From: Endomicrobiales bacterium
Lineage (GTDB): Bacteria > Elusimicrobiota > Endomicrobiia > Endomicrobiales > CAWCFT01
DNA: 64,000 bases
NCBI GenBank assembly: GCA_963794945.1
Contig: CAWCFT010000017.1
Coordinates: forward strand, 32,001-96,000
Direction: 5' to 3'
In this document: one piece after another, positions 19,440-29,906 of the stretch
How positions within the stretch are numbered: the stretch's first letter is position 1
How the letters are laid out: every line of letters starts with the position of its first letter
Position numbers and translations under genes: made by a program
Notes under the pieces: model-generated
The model's database searches: none
The model's input: the letters and a program-made list of their open reading frames with translations, nothing else
Told to the model about the DNA's origin: nothing

Positions 19440-21590
19440 TTATCTGCGGCCGCCGCCCCCATGTCCACCGCCTCTTCCGCCGCTTCTGCCGCTTGAATAT
19501 GATGCTCCTCTTGTGGCCTGGAAACTACTTGAACGGGTATTGCCAATGGTACGGGCGCTGCGGGCTCTATCAAGGCTTGCGGGCGCTGACGCTCTGGCAT
19601 TGTTTAAGTTGTTCCAACTACCGCCTTTTGCTCCGTTCTCATAGCGATAAACGTTGCCCTCGCGCGTACCGTAAATATGGGTTACAGCGGTGGCTCTACC
19701 ATTACCTGCAGTATAAACGTTCCTTATCATACTGGAATGACCCACCGCGATGGCGCCAGTCGTTGAATTGTAAGCCCTGCCGTGAGTCATCCACCGGTCA
19801 ACAGCGCCGGCTCTGTTCCACGAACCAAACCTGCCGGCGGTAGAGAGGTGCCGCGTATAAAAATGATCGTGAAAATCGTATCTCCAGGCGTGGAACGGGC
19901 CCCAGAACGGGAAAGGCGGATAGTACCAGAAATTAGGGTAACCCCAGCCGAACCCGAAAGTAAAGCTCCAGCCGCACCAGGGCGTCCAGCATAAACCCGC
20001 CCCGTATCCATAGGGGACAACAGGACAATACCATACATCATTGCCTATATACCCCTGATAAACATACCCTGACCCGTATACCACGGTTCCGTCCGGTGAC
20101 ACTGCCGTGCCGTAGTAGCCGGGAGTATACCCTTCATAAACATAATCGGGTGCGGAGCCGTAGATCTTTACATAAGTGACATAGTGCAGCGGCGACCTGC
20201 CGGGTATTGAATAAATTACTTCCGGCACAGAATCCGCCAGGGCCCACGGCCCGTATGGAGACGCCGAGATAAACCAGGCCCCATCGTAAACTGAGTACCA
20301 GCTGTTTTCATTAACTTTTATAAGGGGCACCGAACAATTAAACACATAGTGCAGTGGCGTGCCTTCAATAGGCCTCAACTGCGGCTCGCCGTCAATGCTG
20401 ACTTTTATGGCTGCCGTTTTTCGTTCAACCCTGGAAGTTGTCGGAATACTGTTTGCCACCAGAGCCTCTTTTGCCTGTTTGGTTCCCGGAACGGACGCTT
20501 TTACATTTTCTTTTGTGTTGGAATCTGGAATTTTAGCGAAATCCTCCGGCAGGCTGCCTGCCGGCACATACTCCCACGGCCCATCGTAAGACGCGGAACT
20601 GAACCACCTGCCGGATATTAGGATATACGTTTTTTGGTCGGTCATATTTTTAAAAATATTGGCTGTCGTGTTTAAGGCGTATAACAGGTTTGTCCCGGTT
20701 ATCGGCTGGTAATTCGGTTCGCCGTCCGTAACGATAAGTTCCGCCGGGGTAAGAGCCACGTAGATCACAGGCGCTTTACCCTTGAGAAGCGACGGCTTTG
20801 ATTTTGTGTCGGGATCGGTCTCGCCTTCAATAAGGTCTACGGACATCGAGTCGCTCAGTATCTTTTGCGCCTTTTTTACGTCACCGGACACGATGTTGCC
20901 CGCCACCTGCCAGGGGCCTTTGATATCGCCGGCCTTCATATATCCGTCAAAAACGTGAAGATAATACTCTCCGTGCGGGTCCTTCAGCAGTAAGACCCCG
21001 GTGTTCACCACTCTTGAAAGATTTGTGCCCTTAACGGGCGAAAACACCGGCTGGCCGTCTATGTAGACCAGGATCGCCGGAGTGACGGAAAATATTATTC
21101 GCGGCACGGTATTGTTCAATTCATCCGCTTGCGGCTTTGGCTGGTCAGGCAGCGCATCAAGATCGGCCTCCAGCCTGTCGAGCGAAATTTTCGTTACCTG
21201 CTGCGGCACTCCCAAGCTTATCGCGTTCAGATATGCCGGGTTCTGTTCAGGCTCGCTTGGAAAATTCACGCTTTCCATGTTCCAGTTCTCAAAGGAAACA
21301 AACCTGGTGCCTTTGTCGGTAATTGTATTCACTTTAAAGTTCAAAACACCGTACGATAAATTCTTTTCCTGAGGGTCCTTTACAACGGCGATCGCCGCGT
21401 GAGCTTGGAGCGTAAACCCGTCCCAGCTGTCAACCTGAGGCTGATACATTTTGAAATCGAAGTTGCCGGAATGCACGTTCCTGGGCCATTGGTCTTCATA
21501 ATATGTATTCTGGCTGTCCTTCGACCAAACTAGTGAAAAATAAATTGAAACAACTAACAACGGCAAAACAAGAAGAAATAACTTTTTCAT
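19440..21590 (-). CDS. Large secreted hypothetical protein with Trp/Gly/Tyr-rich region and RGG tail
   Basis: Signal peptide, repeated GPW motifs, YTPGYYG. Confidence 0.7.
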   Translation of the reverse strand: MKKLFLLVLPLLVVSIYFSLVWSKDSQNTYYEDQWPRNVHSGNFDFKMYQPQVDSWDGFTLQAHAAIAVVKDPQEKNLSYGVLNFKVNTITDKGTRFVSFENWNMESVNFPSEPEQNPAYLNAISLGVPQQVTKISLDRLEADLDALPDQPKPQADELNNTVPRIIFSVTPAILVYIDGQPVFSPVKGTNLSRVVNTGVLLLKDPHGEYYLHVFDGYMKAGDIKGPWQVAGNIVSGDVKKAQKILSDSMSVDLIEGETDPDTKSKPSLLKGKAPVIYVALTPAELIVTDGEPNYQPITGTNLLYALNTTANIFKNMTDQKTYILISGRWFSSASYDGPWEYVPAGSLPEDFAKIPDSNTKENVKASVPGTKQAKEALVANSIPTTSRVERKTAAIKVSIDGEPQLRPIEGTPLHYVFNCSVPLIKVNENSWYSVYDGAWFISASPYGPWALADSVPEVIYSIPGRSPLHYVTYVKIYGSAPDYVYEGYTPGYYGTAVSPDGTVVYGSGYVYQGYIGNDVWYCPVVPYGYGAGLCWTPWCGWSFTFGFGWGYPNFWYYPPFPFWGPFHAWRYDFHDHFYTRHLSTAGRFGSWNRAGAVDRWMTHGRAYNSTTGAIAVGHSSMIRNVYTAGNGRATAVTHIYGTREGNVYRYENGAKGGSWNNLNNARASAPASLDRARSARTIGNTRSSSFQATRGASYSSGRSGGRGGGHGGGGRR

Positions 21591-21664
21591 TTTACTGCCC
21601 TCCCTTATTTTAATTTCTAACCTTCCAACTTAACTGCACGGAGCGTTGCTCGAGCCCGTATTGA

Positions 21665-22309
21665 TTATTCTTTACAGCAGTTTAATGCCGCGTCAACCGT
21701 TTTGTTGTAATTCTCAACGTGGCTTTTTACATGCGTCGGCAAGGCGCCTGTTTTCAGGAGAGCCTCCACGGATTGCTTTACCTTTTTGACGTTATCCCAC
21801 ATAAGGCTTTTGAACAAACGTATAGAGCCTTCTTCCCCCATGGCGCACTTCCCGTCCTGGGTCACCAGCGGCACCACCATTTCCCCTGTGCTCTTTAGGC
21901 AATTTTTATAGATCTTCTCCATCTCAGTATGGTATGCGGGGTTTGATGAAACCTCTTTTTTTATTGTGTTGAACATTTTATAAAGGTCATTTCGCCCCAA
22001 AAACAACTCTAATTTTTTGCAGTGCTGGCAGTCGGTTTCATAGAACAATGTCACATCTTTTTTAGGCAGGGTTGAATCCGGCTGTTGCCCGTCATGCCGT
22101 TCCGGCTGCTGAAGGACTATCTCCCAGAACATGCGGAAGAGCCTGTAAGATTTTTCAAAGTACGGTTTTGCCTGAACGATACCGTTTATGTTCAACTCCT
22201 TCGTCCCCACTTCCATAAGCCTCATTGACGACGCGAGCAGGTGCTTGCCTATGCACCATACTTCACCTTCAAAAGAAACCACTATTTTTTTGAGCAGTTC
22301 TTTTCTCAT
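21665..22309 (-). CDS. Hypothetical protein with inserted glutaredoxin/thioredoxin-like (CQHC) domain
   Basis: LFYETDCQHCKK and VVP cis-Pro motif; C-terminal CCKE. Confidence 0.6.
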   Translation of the reverse strand: MRKELLKKIVVSFEGEVWCIGKHLLASSMRLMEVGTKELNINGIVQAKPYFEKSYRLFRMFWEIVLQQPERHDGQQPDSTLPKKDVTLFYETDCQHCKKLELFLGRNDLYKMFNTIKKEVSSNPAYHTEMEKIYKNCLKSTGEMVVPLVTQDGKCAMGEEGSIRLFKSLMWDNVKKVKQSVEALLKTGALPTHVKSHVENYNKTVDAALNCCKE

Positions 22310-22407
22310 TTCCCTGACCTCAAGCCGGCCTGGTTACTTATGGCTGTGCCCCTCTCCCTCGACGGGAGAAGGAGTTATAAAATGAACATTGAAATCCCAT
22401 ACATAAG

Positions 22408-22557
22408 TTAACGCCGGTCGTCAAAGTGTTCACCGTCCCTGTGTTCATCCCAATGGCCTCTGTCCCCGCCGTCCCTCCAGTCCCCGCCACGCCTCCAGAA
22501 ACAACCAGAAATGCCCAAAACGCTTAAAATCAATGCCAATACAAATAATTTTTTCAT
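22408..22557 (-). CDS. Small lipoprotein with D/R/H/G-rich tail
   Basis: Manual translation MKKLFVLALILSVLGISGCFWRRGGDWRDGGDRGHWDEHRDGEHFDDRR; AGGAG RBS. Confidence 0.65.
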   Translation of the reverse strand: MKKLFVLALILSVLGISGCFWRRGGDWRDGGDRGHWDEHRDGEHFDDRR

Positions 22558-22595
22558 AAATAACTCCTTTTTCTCGCTCTAAGAATAGCTCGCAA

Positions 22596-24044
22596 TTACT
22601 TATGCGCCGATGAATAAGACAACACTTCATCCCAGCCGCCGCCCAACGCTTTGATCAACTGTACGCTCGCCGTCATCTGCTGCATTCTCAGGTTCATTGT
22701 TGTTTTCTGGTTGCTCAACAGAACGGTTTGCGCGGTGATAACATTGAGGTAACCGTCCACCCCGGATTTGTAGCGGGCATCAGCAAGCGTCAGGTAACGT
22801 TCTGATGAGGCCACAGCGTCATTTTGTTGTTTAAGTTCCTCGGACAGTATCCTCAGAGTGGACAGGTTGTCTTCGACTTCCTGGAAAGCGGTGAGCACGG
22901 TTTGACGATAATTAGCAACCGTGCCCTGATAGTTAGCCCGGGCTTGTTCGGTTATGGCCCTGCTTTTTCCGGCGTCAAAAATTGTTTGGGACAGAGACCC
23001 ACCCAGCGACCAGAAAAGGTTCGGCCCTGAAATAAGGCCCCCCAGCGAAGTGCTCTGGTATCCCGCCGAACCGCTCAAAGTAAGAGCCGGGAAATATGCA
23101 GCGCGTGCCACGCCTATTTGCGCATTAGCTTCCGCGACACGGCGTTCGGCGGCGGTGATGTCGGGGCGGCGTTCCAGCAATTGGGATGGAACCCCAATGG
23201 GGGGCTCAGCTGGTTTAGCTGCCAGTGGGTTTGCCGCGATCGAAAATGATGAAGCCGGCTTGCCCAGAAGCGCCGCGATGGCGTGCTCAAGCTGCGCACG
23301 CTGAATACCGAGATCGCTAGCCTGCGCGCTGGCAATGCTGAGCTGCGTTACGGCTTGCTCAACATCCTGCCCGGACGCAAGGCCAGCTTGATACTGGGCC
23401 TGTGTCAGATCGAGCGATTCCTTGTAAGTGAGCACGGACGCATCCAAAAGTTGTTTCTGCGCATCCAACGCTTGAAGTTGAAAATAATCCACCGCTACTT
23501 CCGCCTGAACTGTCAACCGCACGTTTTCAAGGTCAGCGATCGTAGCCTGAGCTTCTAAAGAGCTTGCCTTAACGCTGTTGCCGATACGGCCCCATAGATC
23601 CGCCTCCCACGAAGCGTCAAACGGCAGAGAGTATTCTGTGATAGTGTAAGTGGCAGGCGGCAAAGCCGGTTGAGTCACTAAAGTTGACTGATGTAACCTC
23701 GTGACGGAAGGGCTGGCCGTAACTGTCGGAAAATATTGGGACCGGGCTTGCTTTACAACCGCCCGCGCTGATAGAAAATTGGCAAAAGCCGCTGCAATGC
23801 TCTGATTGGAAACAGACACCTGCTCTTCAAGAGCGTTCAGTTCAGGCTCATTGAACACTTCCCACCACTTTCCGCGGATAACGCCGTCCTTTGGTTCAGC
23901 TATTTTCCAGCCTTCGGCTTCTTTGAAATCCGCCGGCGTTTGAACCGCGGGCTTAACATATTTCGGCGCGAAACTGCATCCGGCGAACATAAACAGGATT
24001 GCAAACGCGGCTGATGTCATTATAGTTTTAATTAAATGGCTCAT
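22596..24044 (-). CDS. Efflux outer membrane factor lipoprotein (NodT/OprM family)
   Basis: AGC lipobox, WWEVFNEPELN, PSQLLERRPDI, LIKALGGGW. Confidence 0.92.
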   Translation of the reverse strand: MSHLIKTIMTSAAFAILFMFAGCSFAPKYVKPAVQTPADFKEAEGWKIAEPKDGVIRGKWWEVFNEPELNALEEQVSVSNQSIAAAFANFLSARAVVKQARSQYFPTVTASPSVTRLHQSTLVTQPALPPATYTITEYSLPFDASWEADLWGRIGNSVKASSLEAQATIADLENVRLTVQAEVAVDYFQLQALDAQKQLLDASVLTYKESLDLTQAQYQAGLASGQDVEQAVTQLSIASAQASDLGIQRAQLEHAIAALLGKPASSFSIAANPLAAKPAEPPIGVPSQLLERRPDITAAERRVAEANAQIGVARAAYFPALTLSGSAGYQSTSLGGLISGPNLFWSLGGSLSQTIFDAGKSRAITEQARANYQGTVANYRQTVLTAFQEVEDNLSTLRILSEELKQQNDAVASSERYLTLADARYKSGVDGYLNVITAQTVLLSNQKTTMNLRMQQMTASVQLIKALGGGWDEVLSYSSAHK

Positions 24045-24077
24045 CGTGTTCCTTACCTAATATTTCTAGTCCTTTTT

Positions 24078-24149
24078 TGTCATTTCGACCAAAGGGAGAA
24101 ATCTTGCCTTTCCTGCATATAAAGATCTCTCGCTGCGCTCGAGATGACA
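24078..24149. repeat. REP/MITE-like palindromic intergenic element
   Basis: TGTCATTTCGA...GAGAAATCT-N-AGATCTCTC...TCGAGATGACA imperfect terminal inverted repeats. Confidence 0.65.
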
Positions 24150-24177
24150 ACTTAAAAGTCGCGTTCCACGAACACAC

Positions 24178-25320
24178 CTACCCTCTGAAAATATCAAAGG
24201 GTTCAATCTTTAAAACTTTGCGCACACCGATGTAGCTTGATATTCCGGCGATCAGCACTACCATGCCGAAGGCCAGCCCCAGGTTCCAGAACGTGATCAT
24301 AGCCGCGTAGTTCGGCATCCGGGATCGCGCGATAGAGATCATTAACGTCACAAGGCCTATGCCCAACCCGTAGCCGGTCAGCGCGGTAAAAGCAGACATA
24401 AACAGTATCATGTAAATCAGTTCCCGGCCCTTTACGCCGATGGCTTTCAGCGCGCCGAATTTTTCCATGTTCTCAAGGATAAATGTATAAAAGGTTTGTC
24501 CTGAGATAGACAACCCGACTATAAAGCTGATCACCGTCATCATAAGAATGTTGGTGCCGATACCAGTCTTATAAACATAGAAGTTGGTGATAAGTTTGTT
24601 GAATTCTCCTTTAGTGCGGGCTACATATCCGAGCTTGGCTACTTGTTGTTTGATGCCTGCTACGGCTGCTTCGCTCTTTGGCTGCACAAGAACATAGGAC
24701 ATTGTGAAACGCGTTGATGGAAGGTATTCTTTCGCGCGGTTGTAAGTAGTATAGAGAGTTGGCACGCCGTTGAGTCCATTGGACGCAACCCGGGCAATTC
24801 CCACGATCGTGCCGCGGTGGTCATTGAGTTCAAATGATGTCCCAACCTTCGGGTTCTCAAGCTTAGAGAATTCAGCGTCATCAACCACCAGGAAAGTGTT
24901 ATCCGCGTAGATGCCTTTAATACTGCCTTGTTCAACTTCCGGACGGCCAAACAGGGTTTCATCATCAAGTCCGACGACGCTGACAGATTGATAGGTACCG
25001 CTTTTAAGCTTGACCATCGCGCCTCCCATAAAGAGCGGCACCGCGTAGCTTACCCCATCCATACTGCGCACAGCGTCCAGCACGTAGTCCGCCATTGGTA
25101 TCGGACTGCTGGCCGTATTGACCGCCGGATCCATGACCCACATTGTCGCGCCTATATTCGTTACCGTTGCAAAAGCGCGGTTGAGTATGCCGGCAAACAT
25201 CGCGGTCATTTGCATCATAAGAAATACCGCGAAGGTTATGCCTATCAACAGCGCGTAGAACTTGCTCTTGTCATTTACCAGCAGTTTAAATCCGATGCGC
25301 AAAATGCCGTAGTATTTCAT
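24178..25320 (-). CDS. ABC exporter permease (MacB/FtsX/DevC-like)
   Basis: TM1, large periplasmic loop, FGALKAIG, C-terminal KIEPFDIFRG. Confidence 0.88.
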   Translation of the reverse strand: MKYYGILRIGFKLLVNDKSKFYALLIGITFAVFLMMQMTAMFAGILNRAFATVTNIGATMWVMDPAVNTASSPIPMADYVLDAVRSMDGVSYAVPLFMGGAMVKLKSGTYQSVSVVGLDDETLFGRPEVEQGSIKGIYADNTFLVVDDAEFSKLENPKVGTSFELNDHRGTIVGIARVASNGLNGVPTLYTTYNRAKEYLPSTRFTMSYVLVQPKSEAAVAGIKQQVAKLGYVARTKGEFNKLITNFYVYKTGIGTNILMMTVISFIVGLSISGQTFYTFILENMEKFGALKAIGVKGRELIYMILFMSAFTALTGYGLGIGLVTLMISIARSRMPNYAAMITFWNLGLAFGMVVLIAGISSYIGVRKVLKIEPFDIFRG

Positions 25321-26760
25321 TGTGGCTCGCTTTTGGGCTGGCTGGGAGCTAACTGCCATATGTATACATCCACCAGCTGGCCCGGATAGACCGGGGCGTC
25401 TTTTTTCTCAAACCGGAAAATAACCGGAAGAACCCTCAGGTCCACCTGCTCCTGGCGCTCGTTAGATAATTCTATTTTCGGCGAAACATAAGGCTGAACC
25501 CGCACAAACTCCAGCGGCACTATAATGTCAGTCCCGCGGATAGACATCTGCGCGAGGATATGCCACGCGGACGGCAGCCTTGAGATCAGTATTTCATCAA
25601 TGTAACAACGCACTGTTAGATAATCCTGAGGCGGCCCCATAACCACCAGCGGGTCAAAATTCTGCGTATAAGAATTGAAAACACCTTGTGACGACACATA
25701 ACTGCCTGCTGATGAGTTTACCGCAAGCACTACTCCGTCAATCGGCGCTTTTACAGAATATTTCAACAGCAGGGCGTTAGCCGCTTTAAACGCCTGCTGC
25801 CGCCTGACCGACGCCGTCTTCGGCAGTATCCAGCGCATCCTTGCTGACCGATCGCGGGTCAATATCGCAGGAGGCGCGGCGCTTATCGTATTGGTCCTGG
25901 GCCAATTTCAGATTGGATCTGGCCAACTCGGTGGTTGCTCTCTGCACGGAATCGTTAATCGTGAAAAGAGGGGTTCTGGCCGCCACCTTCTGGCCCTCGT
26001 GAACCAGCACGCTTGTGACCGGGCCTGAAACTTCAGGGTAGATATTGATGTTCGAGCCGCTCGGCTGGTCGCTCTCAATAATGCCGTTGGCATAGATCGC
26101 TGATTCGGAAGGGCTGGTGACCGGTTTGAACACAGGAGGTTGCGCCTTCCTTTGAAGGCCAAAGAAATAAGCGCCTGCAAGCCCCGCCAGGATGCCAATT
26201 ATTGAGAGCGCGAAAATTATCTTATTTTTAAATTCAGGCTTAGGTTTGGACGCTTTGGTTTCAGGTTTAGGCTCATCGGCTTTGGCCCCAGGCTGAGATT
26301 CGGGTGTTTTGCCAGCAGGCTTAAGATCGGTTCCTTTGATTTCAGTCTTAGGCTCGGCTGTTTTGGCTTCAGTCTTTGGCTCTGGTGTTGTTTCCTCAGG
26401 CTTAGGTGCGCCTGTTTTGGCGTTAGTCTTATTGCCGGTTGTTTTGGTTTCAGCCTTAGGTTCGGCTGCTTTCGCCTCCGTCTTAGGCTCCGTTATTTTC
26501 AGTTCAGGCTTCGGCTCAACTGCTTCCGTTTCAGGCACATCGGCTTTGGCTCCAGGTTTTTGAATCTTCCGCTGAGCCTCCTCCCATTCCTGAATTGCGC
26601 GAACATCCGCGCGCCCTATCTCCTCATAGAGTTCATGAACGCGCTTGACCATTTGTGGGATCAAATCGGCAGGTATCTTTTTTTTAGCATCCGTCTCTCG
26701 TTCGGCTGCTTGAGCCTCAGGCGCAACTGTTTCCGGGTTAAATTCATCTGGTGTATTCAT
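25317..26760 (-). CDS. Membrane fusion protein (HlyD-like) with N-terminal DUF2934-like motif and EPK repeats, frameshifted near 25795
   Basis: TM anchor, lipoyl half motifs (GPVTSVLVHEGQKV; VKAPIDGVVL) and FVRVQPYVSPK across two ORFs. Confidence 0.82.
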
Positions 26761-27451
26761 TCTGTTCCCTTATCCTGCGCGCTTAGATGTCCGTCTTCCA
26801 TGTGTAGGATCCTGTCCGCGTATTCGTTTATGCGCGCGTCATGAGTAACTATCAGAATACAACGGCTCTTATTGAGTATTTTGTTTTTTACGAAAGCTAT
26901 GATCATCTTCCCCGTATCGCCATCAAGTGATGCCGTAGGTTCGTCAAGGATCAATATCTCCGGTTTGCTTATGATCGCGCGCGCTATCGCTACGCGTGCT
27001 GCTCTCCGCCTGAAAGCTTCACCGGTAATATCTCGCTCCGGTTTTTCAGGCCGACGATCTCCAAAGTTTTTCTTGCTTCGTCAATTGATTCGTCCCAGTC
27101 AAGATGCTTCAGTATTAATGGGATAGCGACATTCTCGGCCGTGGTCAGCCGCGGGAAAAGATGATAATCCTGAAAAACAAAACCTATAGTGTTAAGGCGA
27201 AAATCAGCCAACTGGTCATTGGTGAAAGACCAGATATCGTCCCCTTTAACCGTCACATTGCCGGCGTTGGGGCGCAGTATGCCGGAAAGCATGCTGAGCA
27301 TAGTGGTCTTTCCGCTGCCGGAGGGGCCAACAATGAACAGCATTTCTCCAAAGTGAGCCACCAGCCCGACATTGTTGACCGCTGTAGTCCTGGCCTCGCC
27401 TTCGCCAAACCATTTTGTAAGCCCCGTTGCAACAATCGCCTGATTTTCCAT
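26757..27451 (-). CDS. ABC transporter ATP-binding protein, frameshifted near 26995
   Basis: GPSGSGKTT, LSGGEQ, ILDEPTASLD, VTHD. Confidence 0.9.
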
Positions 27452-27624
27452 TTGATTTTCATGCTCTCAAAGCTGATGGGAACTTGCGTAGCCACTTTTA
27501 AAATATGCTTTCATTATTACATCAGAATATCTATTACCGTGAACGATAGCAATTGTTTATTTTGCTATATTCACTATCTTTTTTCCGCTTCATACTAATA
27601 GTTTTGTACGTAATGGCGCTTTCC

Positions 27625-28650
27625 TCACATCAGCCAGCGCCTTTTCATAAGTGTATGTGAAAACAAAAAGGTAACCGTCCCGAGCAAGAACAGTAATATC
27701 CATTCCTTCAAGAAGTATGACATACCGCTGTTTTCCAAAAATATTGATCTTAGAGGGTTATATAGCTGATAAGAAGGTACAAAAGAAGCAAATGTGTTTA
27801 ATTTTACCGAAAAATCGGATAATGCCGAAGGTATTAATAAAGGAATATAGATCAGTACGCCTAATGTCCTGGCGCTTGCCTGCGTGCGGCACAAGAAACC
27901 AAGCAGTATACCCGCAGAAATAAAACAAAAGCTCCCCGCTTCCAGAAACAATATATAACCCGGCCTTTCAAAGGAATAATATCCAACCGACAGATGAAGC
28001 ACCGTAACAGCAATATTTATCAAGACTAGTCCAGTCAGTAATTTGGCTATCAGCCACTCGATTTCCCTCATAGGCGTTTGCAGAAGTCCTATAAGCAGAT
28101 TTTTTTCTTTTTCTTCCGCTACCTGAGCCGGGATAATTATGAAACTTACGAGTAAAACCACCATCAACACCCATGCGGGCAGCATCTGTTTTTGCACCCC
28201 GCCGTCCTGCAGCGGCGCAATATCCGATATCCAGCTCTTCCCGGCGCCTGTCGCCGATTTTTGAAGGGCCGAAAAGCTTTCTACTATGGCGGTCGTCTGT
28301 AAAGATTCTTTTCTCAGGACTTCCAGCGTTAAACTTTCGGGTTCCTTCATATTTTTTATCAAAATACCGTCCAGTTTCCTGTCTTTCAGCAGTTTCCTGC
28401 CGTCAACAGGGTTTACCCTGTAAACCGTAAATACTTTTTCGGCGGCCGTTATGTTTTTCATGATGGCGGCCGGATATATCTCGTTTTGAATGAGGCCGAT
28501 ATTGATTTTCTGGAACGACTGATCGGAACGATCCGTAAGTTTTAAAGAAATAACGATAAAAATGGGAACGAACAATATCAGGAAAATAGATTTGTTCTTG
28601 AAGGAAATAGCGAAATCGTTTAATACCAGTGTAATGATATTTCTTATCAT
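27625..28650 (-). CDS. ABC-2 type transporter permease
   Basis: AEEKEK...LLQTP...KLL motif; six TM segments. Confidence 0.85.
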   Translation of the reverse strand: MIRNIITLVLNDFAISFKNKSIFLILFVPIFIVISLKLTDRSDQSFQKINIGLIQNEIYPAAIMKNITAAEKVFTVYRVNPVDGRKLLKDRKLDGILIKNMKEPESLTLEVLRKESLQTTAIVESFSALQKSATGAGKSWISDIAPLQDGGVQKQMLPAWVLMVVLLVSFIIIPAQVAEEKEKNLLIGLLQTPMREIEWLIAKLLTGLVLINIAVTVLHLSVGYYSFERPGYILFLEAGSFCFISAGILLGFLCRTQASARTLGVLIYIPLLIPSALSDFSVKLNTFASFVPSYQLYNPLRSIFLENSGMSYFLKEWILLFLLGTVTFLFSHTLMKRRWLM

Positions 28651-29327
28651 ATATAAAGCTCCTGATGCACCATTGACTCGAAATATTGCCCGGGCAAGCC
28701 GTCAAATACTACCCGCCCCTGATGAAGAACTATAATGCGCGACGCAAGCGCTCTTATCTCTTCCGGTCGGTGAGAGGTAAAAATGATAGTTTTACCGGAA
28801 GCGTTAATGTTTTTCAGCTGCCGGTAAACTTCTTTTGTCATCTCAAAATCAAGGCCCGCTGTCGGCTCGTCAAGAAGTATTACCGGCGGGTCCGGCAAAA
28901 GAGAACGGCCAATGTTCACTCTTTGCTTTAAACCTTTTGATAAAGTTTGCATCTTACTGCGCCGGAAAGGCAGCAACTCAAATTCACTTAATATTTCCTG
29001 CACGCGGGCGGTAGGTGTTTGAAAAAGGCTCGCGTAAAGCCTCAGGTTATATTCGACAGAAAAATACTCAAAAAGGCCAGGAGTTTCAGGCACAAAAGCG
29101 ACGTTTCTTACAAGAGCCTGCCTGTCATCTATCTCCGTCCCGTTAACCAACGCCCGCCCGCTGTCAGGAATGGTCCAGCCGCTTAATATTCTCAAAAGAG
29201 TGGATTTGCCAGCGCCGTTATGCCCGACAACAGCTATGCATTCCCCTTTTTCCGCGGCAAAACTTACAGAAAATACTCCTCTCTTTTTCTGATATTCTTT
29301 TGTAATATTCTCAACAATTATCTGCAT
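28647..29327 (-). CDS. ABC-2 type transporter ATP-binding protein
   Basis: GHNGAGKST, LSKGLKQR, LLDEPTAGLD. Confidence 0.92.
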   Translation of the reverse strand: MQIIVENITKEYQKKRGVFSVSFAAEKGECIAVVGHNGAGKSTLLRILSGWTIPDSGRALVNGTEIDDRQALVRNVAFVPETPGLFEYFSVEYNLRLYASLFQTPTARVQEILSEFELLPFRRSKMQTLSKGLKQRVNIGRSLLPDPPVILLDEPTAGLDFEMTKEVYRQLKNINASGKTIIFTSHRPEEIRALASRIIVLHQGRVVFDGLPGQYFESMVHQELYI

Positions 29328-29526
29328 AGATATTATTGTTTCAGGCTCAAAGCAGCCTGAAAATAAGAAGCACTAACACGATGACAACCAGCAAACCGAT
29401 TAAACCCATTTTATCCTCCGCCCAGCAATCAACAGCATTAATCATAACACTTAAAATCTCTTTATATGATGCCGTATTCCCCACTTATACTGACCTGTTT
29501 CCATCATTAATTTTGAGAGATATTTA

Positions 29527-29570
29527 TATTATATGGAGTAAGAGAAGGCCGGTCAATTGTACCTTGGTAT
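29527..29570 (-). promoter_or_regulatory. Conserved promoter copy 2: TACCAAGGTA + TTGACC-17-TATAAT
   Basis: Same 21-mer; consensus -10 box. Confidence 0.8.
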
Positions 29571-29621
29571 AATACCATGAAACCAAAACATGATAGTCTG
29601 CATAGCTTTGGAATCTACCGG

Positions 29622-29864
29622 CTATGTATCGGCCTCAGCCTCCGCTTTTGCGGGATCGAAAATCCTGTATGCGAGCAGTTTAACGTTGTCATTGACAAGG
29701 AACCACAGCAGAACATAACCCCACACGAACCCGGCCCAGACCCAGCCGAGGGGCGTCATGAACAACCCGTAAACCGCTATCAGCGTCGCTACAATCTGCG
29801 TGCCTACCACTTGGAAAAATACGCCGCGAGCAGGGAAAGTATAATTTCTATATTTTTCATTCAA
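29622..29864 (-). pseudogene. Partial duplicate of the H+-ATPase C-terminal TM segment
   Basis: 29652-29810 matches 30495-30653 with about 9 mismatches by eye. Confidence 0.75.
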
Positions 29865-29906
29865 AAACGCTTCGACACCGTCTTTTAAAATCTGCGCCGT
29901 GGATGT

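Noticed and set aside
19370..19600. Alternative-frame minus ORF overlapping the end of the 716-aa gene
   Set aside because: Explained by the GC-rich RGG tail; no independent support.
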